From: Methanobacteriota archaeon
GTDB taxonomy: Archaea > Thermoplasmatota > Poseidoniia > Poseidoniales > Thalassarchaeaceae
Length of the DNA: 64,000 bases
Direction of reading: 5' to 3'
Assembly (NCBI GenBank): GCA_004195715.1
Contig: PSPX01000003.1
Location: forward strand, 5,232 to 69,231
The notes beneath the pieces were generated by a model, which saw only the letters and a list, made by a program, of their open reading frames with translations, made no database searches and was not told where the DNA came from. The position numbers and the translations under genes were made by a program. Shown one piece after another: positions 10,546-20,624 of the stretch; the first letter of the stretch is position 1; every line of letters starts with the position of its first letter.

Positions 10546-12071
10546 TCAGTCATCTGTGATGAGCCGGTGCAGGGTCCTTACATGGACTCCTGAAACTCCG
10601 AACTCGAACAGCGGATTTGCACCCTCGGAGCGAGCCTTAGAACCCGGGCCCCAAGCAGTCCCGGCGATGTCGAGGTGCACCCAAGGGATCTTGTCTGCGT
10701 CCTCATCATAGCCACGGTGCGGCACGAAGTACTCGAGGAACGAGGCCGGTTGCGTATGTCGGCGAACGCCGAGTCAGTCATGTATTTCCTGAACTGGGCA
10801 TTCAGTGGCATTCTCCAGACTGACTCGCCCGACCTATTGGCAGCCTTCCTGACACGCTTTCCGATGCCTTCGTCGTTTGCCCACATGCCTGTAATCTGGT
10901 TGCCCAGTGCGACTACGACAGCACCTGTCAGGGTCGCAAGGTCGACGATGTACTCGGGATCGAATTCGCCAGCCTTCCATAGTCCATCAGCGAGTACGTT
11001 GCGCCCCTCGGCGTCGGTGCTGAACACCTCAATGGTCTTCCCCGAATATGTTTCGAACACGTCACCGGGGCGGTATGCTCCCGACCCGGGCATGTTCTCT
11101 GCTAGGCAGGCCAGTCCGTTCACACGACGCTCGTAACCAGTCGCGTGCAGGGCCTCCATGAGACCGAACACTGTGGCTGCCCCGCACATGTCGTACTTCA
11201 TGTCCCACATTCCGCTCGAGGGCTTGATTGAGATTCCACCAGTGTCGAAGGTGATTCCCTTGCCGACTATGCAGGGTCTCTGGACATTATCGTCGGCGTC
11301 AGGATTGAGTGTGAACAGCACCATGCAGGGCTTCCTGTCACTGCCCTTGCCTACGTTGATCAGACCGCCCATCCCGAGATCTCGTAGCTTGTCCCAGTCG
11401 TAGACCTCGACCACGACGTTGTCTTTGTTCTCTGCCCACTCGACAGCCCTGCGGGCGTATTCCATCGGGTACAGCACGTTTGCTGGTTCGTTGCCGAGGT
11501 CGCGAGCGAGATGGACCCCGCCTACAACCGAGTGGATTCTGGAGAGCCCGTCTGCGAGCGCATCCTGATGGCGTACGCTGGCTTGAAAGTCAGTCGACCA
11601 CGGCTCGGTGACATGCTCGTCATCGACCCCCTGGTGCGCGAGGAACTCGTAGTCGCGCAGCATCATGCCCTCAGCGAAGTCGAGCATGCGCTCGCTTGAC
11701 CAGCCTGAGGTGAAGCGTACAGTCAGTGCTAGCCCATTCTTCTTAGAGAGAGCAGCCATAACCCGAGCACCGATGTTCCGGGCCTTCCTGTGCCCGAAAT
11801 CAGTCTTCTTTCCCATGCCTACCAACAGCACCCTGCACCCGGGAGTCCAGACCGCCATCCGCTGACCTTTCTTTCCCTCAAAGTCGTCAGAGGCTATCGC
11901 CTCCCGGACTAGGCTTCGCTGACTCCGACTCAGCCCCGAAAGGGCGTTATTCGGAGCCTTACCGACACCCTCAAAGAGAGGTAGTAGCAGTTGTTTTCCG
12001 ACTTCTTCGAATTCGCTGTTGTTCCATTCCATGAATATTGCCAAAGCCTCTGATTCGGTAGTGATATACAA
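10546..12071 (-). CDS. Leucyl aminopeptidase (M17 family) with an apparent frameshift near 10745
   Basis: The ORF-track frame (10578..12071) carries the M17 core (GKGITFDTGGISIKP, NTDAEGR-like STDAEGRNVLADG). After ...ADIRNRP the conserved C-terminus continues in another frame (ASFLEYFVPHRGYDEDADKIPWVHLDIAGTAW...) to a stop at 10546. Confidence 0.75.
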
Positions 12072-12127
12072 AGAATTGCTTTTGAAAGATGAAGTTTCAA
12101 GGTCATTTTCAAAAAGAAAATATGTAA

Positions 12128-13468
12128 TTATTGCTCAAACTTGCGATTTCGGCTGTTTATCGCTGCAAGTGCGATGGAGATGATTACCATGAGTATTGAG
12201 GGAGCAGGTAGCAGCCATCCTGAATCCTCCTCCTGCAGCTTCACCATACTGTTGTTGATTGGCTCGTTGACCCATAGGGCAGCGTCAATCACACGCTTTT
12301 GGTAATGCAGTTCGAAGTATCCCCCATCCACCATGCTCAGCTCGCTCGCATCGAGCTTAGCCTTGGTGTGGTTGCTAGCGTTGACGCTGAAGTTTCCTGA
12401 GTGCCACTGCACTTCGCCCGCCCCGTCGATATAGTGAAGGGTGGCATTTGCTGTACTAGCCCGTCCTAGATTGCTCACGCTTAGGTCTACGAAATTACCA
12501 CCGAACTCCAGCGAATCAACACTGAGTCGGGCACGCCAGTACCAGACATTTGAGATCAAGTAGCGCATCACCTCGAGTTCAAGCGCCAACCGGTCGCTGA
12601 CCTCCTGGAGGCTGCCGAGCAAGAACTGCTCGTCGTCAGTCTCGAAGGTGAAGCACGGATACCCCATCACCCCGTAGCCGTAGTCGCGGCTGGTGCCGTG
12701 AGTAGGATATATGCCGGCGTTGGCGTTGCGGATTGGTAACTCTCCATCGATATTCTCGTGGATGTCGTCGCGGATGAACTCGAAGAGTTCGTAGTCCGAG
12801 GGCATGTTGGGAGTGAAGCCCCACGGATAGGCGAGAATCCACGTCCCGGTATGCATGGTGACATAGAGGTCGGCATCGGTAACCCACTCATGCATGTAGG
12901 CGGCATTGTTACTGGTCTCGGGCTCACTGAAAGGACCGTCACCACTTGCCGTTTCGTCGGTGGTCCAGTGATGGTCATAATTTCGATTCAGATCGACTTG
13001 GTTCATATTCCAACGCGAGTCGACATCATTGCCGTCCGCATTGAGCAGAATCATGATGTGTAATTCGGTGTTCTGCAGCACCTCGATAGCCACGGGGTCG
13101 CTTTCACTCCAGCCCTCGATGTAGAACTCGGCGGTAAGGAAAGCAAGTTCTGTCCCGAGGTGTTCATTGCCGTGGTGGCCACCGTCGATGTACACTTTCT
13201 CCTTGGGTGACCCGTCACTCTTGTTCTCGACGGACCAGTCGGAGATTTGCACGACCCACTGCTGCCTACCGTACAGGGTCGTGCCCGCACTGACCAAACG
13301 GACGACCTCAGGGTAGTCATCCTCCCAGGCCTGGACATCGATTGTGAGTGTTGCATAGGAGTGGTACCAGTGCTCTTGGGTGAAGTCGGGCTGCTGGGCT
13401 GTTGCTATCGGAGCGGCTCCAGCAACGAGCAGAACGACGACAAGCGCCAGTGCAGACGTGCCTCTCAT
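12128..13468 (-). CDS. Secreted zinc carboxypeptidase (M14 family) with C-terminal membrane anchor
   Basis: 446 aa. Signal peptide MRGTSALALVVVLLVAGAAPIATAQQ. IDGGHHGNEH (HxxE zinc site), NADGNDVDSRWNMNQVDLNRNY. C-terminal hydrophobic helix plus basic tail LLPAPSILMVIISIALAAINSRNRKFEQ. Several N-x-S/T sequons. Confidence 0.8.
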   Translation of the reverse strand: MRGTSALALVVVLLVAGAAPIATAQQPDFTQEHWYHSYATLTIDVQAWEDDYPEVVRLVSAGTTLYGRQQWVVQISDWSVENKSDGSPKEKVYIDGGHHGNEHLGTELAFLTAEFYIEGWSESDPVAIEVLQNTELHIMILLNADGNDVDSRWNMNQVDLNRNYDHHWTTDETASGDGPFSEPETSNNAAYMHEWVTDADLYVTMHTGTWILAYPWGFTPNMPSDYELFEFIRDDIHENIDGELPIRNANAGIYPTHGTSRDYGYGVMGYPCFTFETDDEQFLLGSLQEVSDRLALELEVMRYLISNVWYWRARLSVDSLEFGGNFVDLSVSNLGRASTANATLHYIDGAGEVQWHSGNFSVNASNHTKAKLDASELSMVDGGYFELHYQKRVIDAALWVNEPINNSMVKLQEEDSGWLLPAPSILMVIISIALAAINSRNRKFEQ

Positions 13469-13493
13469 AACAATCGGAGCGGGCGAAGCCCGT

Positions 13494-14429
13494 TCAATCC
13501 TTCTGATTCAGGCGTGTTGCGGTGTGACTAGCTACTATCTTTGTAGCAATCAGGGCTGCGTTGAACTGGGTGACCGAATCACTCTGACCAGGAACGATTT
13601 CGTTGACATCGGCTCCAATGACATTGGTTCCAGGTGCTAGGAACAGGCACTCGATGAGCTCGACTGCGGCCCAGTGGTACAACCCTCCCGGCACGGGCGT
13701 ACCGGTTGACGGGACCTGCGAACCATCCAACCCGTCGACATCGAAGGTGAGCCATACTGGGCCTTCGAGTTCATTGACTCTCTCAATCAGTCTAGCCCAT
13801 CCGGCCTGACCGTCGCAAACTCCCATGAAGTCGCGGGCGAACCAGGTCTCCACCCGCTCGTCGGCTTCGGCGAAGGCTGCCTCCTCGCGAGACAACGCCC
13901 GCGTGCCAATCTGTACTACTCTTCCAACACCCACATCGAGAGCCCGGCGCACAGCGGTGCCGTGCGAGAAGCGCTCCCCTCCCAACTCGTCCCTCAGGTC
14001 GGCATGGGCGTCGATCTGTACTAATGTCAGACGACCTAGGTCGCCTTCTATCTCAGGATGCTCGGCGGCGGCTTGCATCAGCGGAGGCAGGATGCCGTGC
14101 TCACCTCCAAGGAAGATTGGGAACTGAGATCCGTCGAGCCACTTTGCAGCGTAGTCACGAATCGAATCCAACTGCTCGAGCAGGGTGCCGGCTTCTGAGC
14201 CCCAAGCCACAGCGGTGTGAATATCGAGTCCGCACGGCAGGTCATAGGGAAGTATCGGGTCGTAGAGCTCGACTTGGGAACTCGCTTCTATGCAAGCTTT
14301 GGGCCCCTTCTCAGTGCCCTCGCCCCAACTTGTCGTCATCTCGTACGGCACCGGCAGGACCACCACGTCCCAAGGGCCTGAGTCGGACTCCTCCAACCCA
14401 AGAAATCTCGGTCTACTGGAGCCTTCCAT
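13494..14429 (-). CDS. Arginase/agmatinase family ureohydrolase (agmatinase-like)
   Basis: 311 aa. GGEHGI...QIDAHADLRD...SHGTAVRR...LTFDVDGLD are binuclear-Mn ureohydrolase motifs. Confidence 0.65.
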   Translation of the reverse strand: MEGSSRPRFLGLEESDSGPWDVVVLPVPYEMTTSWGEGTEKGPKACIEASSQVELYDPILPYDLPCGLDIHTAVAWGSEAGTLLEQLDSIRDYAAKWLDGSQFPIFLGGEHGILPPLMQAAAEHPEIEGDLGRLTLVQIDAHADLRDELGGERFSHGTAVRRALDVGVGRVVQIGTRALSREEAAFAEADERVETWFARDFMGVCDGQAGWARLIERVNELEGPVWLTFDVDGLDGSQVPSTGTPVPGGLYHWAAVELIECLFLAPGTNVIGADVNEIVPGQSDSVTQFNAALIATKIVASHTATRLNQKD

Positions 14430-14551
14430 GGCACTGCGAAAGTAGCGAGCAGATTAACCACTTCGGAGGGCAGAATGGCGAAAAACGAGGCTGTGCGAAG
14501 GACTGTTGAAATAGCGCGGCCTTCCATATTAGGCCACCGGGGGCGTATGCG

Positions 14552-14965
14552 ATGGGTCTGACGCTAGCACAACTCACACAGGCCATACGCCACAAGGTCG
14601 ACATCGACATGGAGACCGTTGTGGCTGAGTCGATAGCAGAGCACGCGCTGGGATTCTTCGGTTTCTCGAACCGCATCATTGACAATGCCCTAGAGCCAAC
14701 CGACCGCAACCTGTTCTACCAACTGCAGGACTACGACCTTCTGACCACCGAGTCAGAGGAGACAACGCTGTGGGACGGCAGGGAGTGGAGAATCCACTAC
14801 TGGAAATTCAAGTCTAACGCTGAGGAACTGGCTCTCCTGTGGGAGGCGAACGAGGCCTCCACCGTGGAAGAGGACCCATATGCTGGAATCTACGAAGACG
14901 TCCCGGTGTCTCTGTGGCGCGAGCGTTCCGGAGAGGATGACGACTACGAAGAGCCCCTATTCTGA
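14552..14965 (+). CDS. Hypothetical acidic protein
   Basis: 137-aa ORF with no recognizable motif. It ends 16 bp before the giant surface-protein gene and may be co-transcribed with it. Confidence 0.35.
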   Translation: MGLTLAQLTQAIRHKVDIDMETVVAESIAEHALGFFGFSNRIIDNALEPTDRNLFYQLQDYDLLTTESEETTLWDGREWRIHYWKFKSNAEELALLWEANEASTVEEDPYAGIYEDVPVSLWRERSGEDDDYEEPLF

Positions 14966-14980
14966 GTTACAACACCCCCA

Positions 14981-17900
14981 TTGGTTCATATCTTGAAGGT
15001 CGAGGCACGTTCCGTGCCTCGCGTGAGAACGGCCCTTACAGTGCTGACCGTCCTCTTGCTCAGTATCCCTGCTGCGATGGTAGTTGGAGAGGGAGACGAG
15101 CCTACGACCTGCACGGTACTGGTCGACTGGGACGTCGAGGGCTACTGGGACGGCGGATGGAATATGACCTACGACGTCCTGCACCGCTACCTCGTAGTCT
15201 TCGACCCACCGTTCATCAACGGCAGTTCGCCGAGCGCCCTCAACGTCGAGGTTCAACATCACAGAGAAGGTGAGCAGATAGCTGACACCTCCAACACCAC
15301 GGTGTTGAGCGCCGGAGGAGAGGTCGACATCACTCTCTCTACTGAGCCAGAGTTCGGCGACACGATTTCAATTTCTGTCGTTACTGGCGAGGCGTCCTGT
15401 TCTAGGATCCTCACCATCACTAACTGGAATCAGCCCATGGCCAATCACGAGATAACCCGCGAGACGACTTGGTCAATGGAAGGTGCTGAGCAAGGTAATG
15501 GAATCGACTTTGAGGGTCGAGGCTGGCAGAAGAGGACTGGCAGCATTCTCGAGTCTAACGAACTGGGTAATGGTACCCTGACTATGAACGGTACCGAGGG
15601 ACTAGTCCTTGAACTCAATCTCAATCGAATCTGGATGAACGAGACCTACGACGGTGTCGAATTGCTACGTCAAGACTTCGAGATGAGCGGCAATGGTTCG
15701 CTCTTCATCAACACCACCGAGGAGGGCGAGGGTGGTGAGGGCAGTGGTTTCTCAGTAGATGTCCAGGTCAACGACGTTTACGTCCTGCGCTCATGGGACG
15801 AAGGTAAACTCACCGAACGCTTTCTCATTGATGGCACAGGATGGCTCTCCTTCGGCGGTGGCGATAACAACAGCAACAGCGGAGGTTTCGGTCAGCTGTC
15901 ATCGTTCTACTACGAGACTTGGGATGAGGACGACCGCAGACGGCTACAACACCTGCAGTTAGAGGCCAACGCCACCCTGCGTCTGAATAACGGAGGGAGG
16001 GACTCGTTTTCATTCGATCTCGACGAGTTCAGGTTACTGGAGCGCTGGGAGGATGGTACGAGGGAGCAGCAGCACTTCCTGATACTTGGAGAGGGGGAAT
16101 TTGGCTTCGTTATCGAGGACGAGTTCTTTGAGGTCGAGGTCAATGGCACCATCCCGGTCATCCATATCGAAACTCAGGGTGGTGAGAACGTGGCGGAGAC
16201 CATACGGATCGACGGCACCTATGACGGCGACGCTGAGGGCAGTTTCGGCTTCATCAGGAGAATAGTCGATTCAGGCTCGCAAGAGAACGCGACCGGGGCT
16301 ATGTTCGAGGTTGATAAGATCGAGAACGAGTTCTGGTTCAATGTCTCTGCTACGCCGATTGGACCAATCACTGAGGAATGGGAGGCCGAGCACAACCTGA
16401 CTTACGAGTTCATCGTACCGCAGATCGACTGGGGAAACCGCACCATCCGCTATCAGTACATCGAGGACAACGGCACGATCACCAACGAGTACCCGGAGGT
16501 CTCGCCGATTATCATGCAGGCCGATGCCCCAGAGTCCCAGTTCGTGTTTGAGAACCACATCTCCAGAGAGACCGGCGCTGCCCCCGAGATCGTCGTCGCT
16601 GGCGACCGCTTCTCACTGGCCGGTAACGACGCAATGATACTGAGCATTGAGGTGACGGCCATTGTCGAGAGAGAGATGGACGGCCACATAGTCGAAGTCG
16701 CCGAGTGGCTCGGTGACTATGGCGAATACAGTCACGCCTCAGGGGGCATCGTCAATGAGGGGCCCCTCGCAGGCCTGCTCAACGAGGTTCACCGGTGGGT
16801 GGAGATCGAAATTGGCCAGAATGACTCGAGCGAGGGCATTGCCTTCGTCGAACATCAACTCGTTGACAGGGTACTGTCACCCTCAGTAGTTTCCGAGGAA
16901 GAGAATACCCCTCCCTCTCTGGTCTCGGTAGGCTTCCGTGAGGGCAGGCTGCTGACCGAGGGCGACTCAGCCCACTTAGAGGCCCTAGTCTACGACTTCG
17001 ATACAGATGTCACAGTTGTCACCATCGACCTGTCGGAGTTAGGACTTGGCACGGTCGAACTTTCTGACTCCGGTCTACAGGGCGACCACACCATCCACGA
17101 TGACATCTGGACGGCACTGATTACCTATGATGGCCTCAATCACGGAATGATGGACGCATCAGTAGTCATTGAGGACTTCTGGGTCGCAGTCGAGGAGCAG
17201 ACATCCATCGAGATCATCAATGCCGCGCCGAGGATGATTTCACTAGACTTCATGCCCGATACCGTCAGGCGCGGCGAGACAGTTGATGTCAGTGTCACCG
17301 CGCTGGACGGGCATGGCATCGACTCAGTCGGCATCGATTTGCTGAGTGCAGGCGGCGCGCTCAGCGCGCTCTCGGAGTCCGACGGAGTATGGAGTGGAAA
17401 TTTCGTGGTACCAGATGGGATTTCTCCCGGTGAACGTTCCATCCCAGTCAGAATCACGGACGGCGACGGCGAGACCGTGATGGCTGTTCATACTCACTTC
17501 GACGGCTTCCCAGTGGATGCGCCAATGCTGACCATCGAGAATGAGGCACCATCGGTCACCTCGGTCAGCTTGCTCAGATCCGGAGAGACGGCTGAGAAGA
17601 TTCACGTCCCTCACAGTGGCGACCCCATTCCTCATTCTCTTGAGGCAAGTATCGATGACCCGGACGGAATCTCGTCAGTGCAGGCTAAGATAGGCAGGCT
17701 GGCTCCGATTGGCAGCTCCGGAGCCTGGCTGTTGATGGTCGACGACGGCACCGGTGGAGACCGAGTATCAGGCGACGGAATCTACACTTTGCAGTTCGAT
17801 GTCAGGGCGAGTCTGCCCGAGGGCAACATCACCATCCAGATACGAGCTACAGACACCTACCTGTCCACTACGCCTACCCTCGAACAGCCACACATCCTCA

Positions 17901-18046
17901 AACTTGAGAAGCTAGGCGCGGGAGGAGGGAGTAACTGGTTCAGCGACAACTCGACGACCCTCGTGTTTGTGACTGTGGGCCTCTTGCTGATTGTCGGTAT
18001 CGCAGTCTTCGCGATTTCCTTGCGGAAATCAGATACCGAGTGGTGA
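14981..18046 (+). CDS. Large cell-surface glycoprotein (S-layer/adhesin-like), 1021 aa
   Basis: N-terminal signal/TM (RTALTVLTVLLLSIPAAMVVGEG). Roughly 20 or more N-x-S/T sequons. C-terminal TM anchor plus basic tail (LVFVTVGLLLIVGIAVFAISLRKSDTEW). No catalytic motifs. Confidence 0.6.
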   Translation: MVHILKVEARSVPRVRTALTVLTVLLLSIPAAMVVGEGDEPTTCTVLVDWDVEGYWDGGWNMTYDVLHRYLVVFDPPFINGSSPSALNVEVQHHREGEQIADTSNTTVLSAGGEVDITLSTEPEFGDTISISVVTGEASCSRILTITNWNQPMANHEITRETTWSMEGAEQGNGIDFEGRGWQKRTGSILESNELGNGTLTMNGTEGLVLELNLNRIWMNETYDGVELLRQDFEMSGNGSLFINTTEEGEGGEGSGFSVDVQVNDVYVLRSWDEGKLTERFLIDGTGWLSFGGGDNNSNSGGFGQLSSFYYETWDEDDRRRLQHLQLEANATLRLNNGGRDSFSFDLDEFRLLERWEDGTREQQHFLILGEGEFGFVIEDEFFEVEVNGTIPVIHIETQGGENVAETIRIDGTYDGDAEGSFGFIRRIVDSGSQENATGAMFEVDKIENEFWFNVSATPIGPITEEWEAEHNLTYEFIVPQIDWGNRTIRYQYIEDNGTITNEYPEVSPIIMQADAPESQFVFENHISRETGAAPEIVVAGDRFSLAGNDAMILSIEVTAIVEREMDGHIVEVAEWLGDYGEYSHASGGIVNEGPLAGLLNEVHRWVEIEIGQNDSSEGIAFVEHQLVDRVLSPSVVSEEENTPPSLVSVGFREGRLLTEGDSAHLEALVYDFDTDVTVVTIDLSELGLGTVELSDSGLQGDHTIHDDIWTALITYDGLNHGMMDASVVIEDFWVAVEEQTSIEIINAAPRMISLDFMPDTVRRGETVDVSVTALDGHGIDSVGIDLLSAGGALSALSESDGVWSGNFVVPDGISPGERSIPVRITDGDGETVMAVHTHFDGFPVDAPMLTIENEAPSVTSVSLLRSGETAEKIHVPHSGDPIPHSLEASIDDPDGISSVQAKIGRLAPIGSSGAWLLMVDDGTGGDRVSGDGIYTLQFDVRASLPEGNITIQIRATDTYLSTTPTLEQPHILKLEKLGAGGGSNWFSDNSTTLVFVTVGLLLIVGIAVFAISLRKSDTEW

Positions 18047-18085
18047 GGGGATGGAAGCTGTTAGCATCCTGCTGGTTGAATGCCT

Positions 18086-18547
18086 CTAGTCTAGTTCCCT
18101 AGGACATATTAAGTCCTCAATCAACCAGTCTCCTCCGGACTCTACTAGTAACGCAGCCGCCGCCGGAGGCATCGTGTGCCACTCTCCAGTAAGGTGGTTA
18201 ATCAGCACCTCCGAACCGGGATTGTGCCCGAGAATCATCGTTGTGCCTTCGCCCAACATTCCTTCTAGCTGGGTCAGCAGTGTGCTTATTCCAGCATGGT
18301 AGATTTCAGGCTTTATCTCTGTCCTCACACCTTCCATATGCTGAACCATTCCCTCCAGAGTCTCCAAAGTGCGTGTGGAACTACTCACTAGCACCAGCTG
18401 CGGCAACCACCCACGCCCGGCCAGAGCATCACCTACGAGACAAGCATCTCTCTGGCCTTGAGCGTTCAGAGGCCTGTCGTGATCGGGGAGGCCGTGGTAG
18501 TCTCTACTGCTCTCGGCGTGACGCATCACGATAAGTCGTCCAGTCAC
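18086..18547 (-). CDS. Histidine phosphatase family protein (SixA-like)
   Basis: 153 aa. LIVMRHAES plus the downstream GHNPG motif, consistent with the phosphohistidine phosphatase / PGAM branch. Confidence 0.6.
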   Translation of the reverse strand: MTGRLIVMRHAESSRDYHGLPDHDRPLNAQGQRDACLVGDALAGRGWLPQLVLVSSSTRTLETLEGMVQHMEGVRTEIKPEIYHAGISTLLTQLEGMLGEGTTMILGHNPGSEVLINHLTGEWHTMPPAAAALLVESGGDWLIEDLICPRELD

Positions 18548-18615
18548 ATATCCCTGAGGCCATCTCAGTTATTGAATTGCATGAATCTCATAAGACGCCA
18601 CGCAGTCGAGCAGGC

Positions 18616-20034
18616 ATGCACACGCGCGAGGAGTTGTACATCGGCGGCCAGTGGGTCGAACCTCTTGGCGAAGGCACGATCGAAGTGGCCAATCCAGCCA
18701 ATGATGAATTGATTGGCTCGGTGCCAGTTGGTTCGGCCGCAGACGTGGATGCCGCGGTGGCCGCAGCGCACTCCGCTTTCCCCTCTTGGTCGCAGACTCC
18801 GGTAGAAGAGCGTGCGGAGTTTCTGAACAGACTGTCCGCGGCCATAAAGGAGCAGACTGAGGAACTATCTCAATTGATTACGGCCGAGGTCGGCACTCCC
18901 ATCAACTACTGCAGGATGGCTATGGTGGGAACCCCGAAGGTGGTCTCGCGCTCATACGCAAAGATTCTCGATGGATTCGAGTGGGAGCAGGAGGTCCGCA
19001 ACTCACTTGTGGTCAAGGAGCCTATTGGCGTGGTAGCGATGATCACTCCCTGGAACTTCCCTCTTCACCAGATCATCGGTAAGGTGGCACCCGCCATCGC
19101 CGCCGGCTGCACCATGGTAGTCAAGCCATCCAAGGAGGCGCCACTGAACGCCTTCGCACTCGCAGACATCATCCACGACATCGGGTTGCCTGCTGGAGTG
19201 TTCAACCTAGTTTCTGGACACGGCAGGGAGATTGGGGAGGTTCTGAGTTGCCACCCCGATGTCGACATGGTCAGCTTCACTGGCTCCACCAGCGCTGGAG
19301 TAAGAGTCAGCGAATTGGCCTCCCCCAGCGTCAAGAGGGTCACCCTCGAGCTCGGCGGTAAGAGCGCCAACATCATCCTCGACGACGCCGACATCGCCAA
19401 GGCATCTGGCTCTGCAATATACTCCTGCTTCAGTAATTCCGGACAGGAGTGCTCGGCGCTGACGAGACTACTCATCCCCGAGTCCAAACGCGATGAGGTG
19501 ATTGAGATTATTTCCACCAAGGTGGCCAAGTACACCGTTGGTGACCCACTCGACGAATCGATGCGCTGCGGCCCTATGGTGTCAAAGCGGCAGCAACAGA
19601 GCGTGGCCTCGTACATCGCCAGTGGAATCGAGGAGGGCGCAACTCTGATTGCTGGGGGTCAGGGCATGCCCGAGGGGCTGGATTCAGGTTGCTTCGTCAG
19701 ACCCACCGTGTTCGCCGACGTTACTCCTGAGATGACTATCTTCCGAGAGGAGATATTCGGCCCCGTCCTCTCTATCACTACCTACTCGACCGAGGACGAG
19801 GCAGTTGCGCTGGCCAACGACTCCGAGTACGGACTCTCCGGAGGTGTCTGGTCGGGAGATGATGAACGGGCTATGCGGGTCGCCCGTCGGTTGCGCACCG
19901 GACAGGTAAGCATCAACGGAGGATTGTTCAACGTCTCAGCGCCATTCGGTGGTTACAAGCTCTCTGGGAACGGGCGCGAGCTCGGGGTTCACGGGCTTGA
20001 GGAATACCTCGAGATCAAGGCGATTCAACGCTGA
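18616..20034 (+). CDS. NAD(P)-dependent aldehyde dehydrogenase
   Basis: The ORF begins at 18577, but the conserved N-terminus MHTREELYIGGQWVEP begins at ATG 18616. ALDH motifs present: FTGSTSAG, ELGGKSA, catalytic Cys region GQECSA. Confidence 0.85.
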   Translation: MHTREELYIGGQWVEPLGEGTIEVANPANDELIGSVPVGSAADVDAAVAAAHSAFPSWSQTPVEERAEFLNRLSAAIKEQTEELSQLITAEVGTPINYCRMAMVGTPKVVSRSYAKILDGFEWEQEVRNSLVVKEPIGVVAMITPWNFPLHQIIGKVAPAIAAGCTMVVKPSKEAPLNAFALADIIHDIGLPAGVFNLVSGHGREIGEVLSCHPDVDMVSFTGSTSAGVRVSELASPSVKRVTLELGGKSANIILDDADIAKASGSAIYSCFSNSGQECSALTRLLIPESKRDEVIEIISTKVAKYTVGDPLDESMRCGPMVSKRQQQSVASYIASGIEEGATLIAGGQGMPEGLDSGCFVRPTVFADVTPEMTIFREEIFGPVLSITTYSTEDEAVALANDSEYGLSGGVWSGDDERAMRVARRLRTGQVSINGGLFNVSAPFGGYKLSGNGRELGVHGLEEYLEIKAIQR

Positions 20035-20042
20035 GGGCCAAT

Positions 20043-20624
20043 ATGAGTAGACCTCGACTACTGGTCATCACCGGCAGCAGCGGTGTCGGCAAGTCAACTA
20101 TCTCCGCCAGAGCAGCAGCAGCTCTGGGATTCTCCAAGAGTGCCTCCACCGATACTATTCGGGAGACTCTGAGGACCCAGTTCGATTCCGAGCAGGCACC
20201 TGCTCTGCACCGTTCTTCCTTTGAGCCTGCGGGAAGTGGGGCCATCGAGGACTGGCACGCGACCGTAGTAGTTCTCTCCAAGGCTATTCAGGCGGTTGTG
20301 AGCAGAGCGGTCTCGAAACGCTCTGACCTACTCCTAGAAGGTGTCCACATCATCCCCGGCAGCGGTATTCTCGAAGGTTGGAGGGAATCTGGGGGGGTTG
20401 CCAGTGGAGTGTTGTTACACGTGGGGGATGAAGACACCCACCGCCAGTTCATCAGGATGAGAGAGAAGCACAATGACCGCGGACTGGGCCACTATCTGGA
20501 CAATCTTGATCGCATCAGGGCGATTCAAGAAGAGATGTTGGGAAAGGCTGACGAATCCGGATGGCTCGTCCTCGATGCTAGCACCGGTGACCCGGTTGGA
20601 CAGATAGGCGATTCGTTTGAGTAA
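20043..20624 (+). CDS. 2-phosphoglycerate kinase family P-loop protein
   Basis: 193 aa. ITGSSGVGKSTISARAAAALGFSKSASTDTIRETLR...LHRSSF...LLLEGVHIIPG match the conserved blocks of the 2PGK family. Confidence 0.55.
   Translation: MSRPRLLVITGSSGVGKSTISARAAAALGFSKSASTDTIRETLRTQFDSEQAPALHRSSFEPAGSGAIEDWHATVVVLSKAIQAVVSRAVSKRSDLLLEGVHIIPGSGILEGWRESGGVASGVLLHVGDEDTHRQFIRMREKHNDRGLGHYLDNLDRIRAIQEEMLGKADESGWLVLDASTGDPVGQIGDSFE

Noticed and set aside
15700-15960. Short G-rich repeats (GGTGAGGG / GGCGAGGG) that could suggest a repeat array
   Set aside because: They lie inside the large surface-protein coding frame and encode a Glu/Gly-rich linker (EEGEGGEGSG). They lack CRISPR-like spacing. No CRISPR array was found anywhere in the window.
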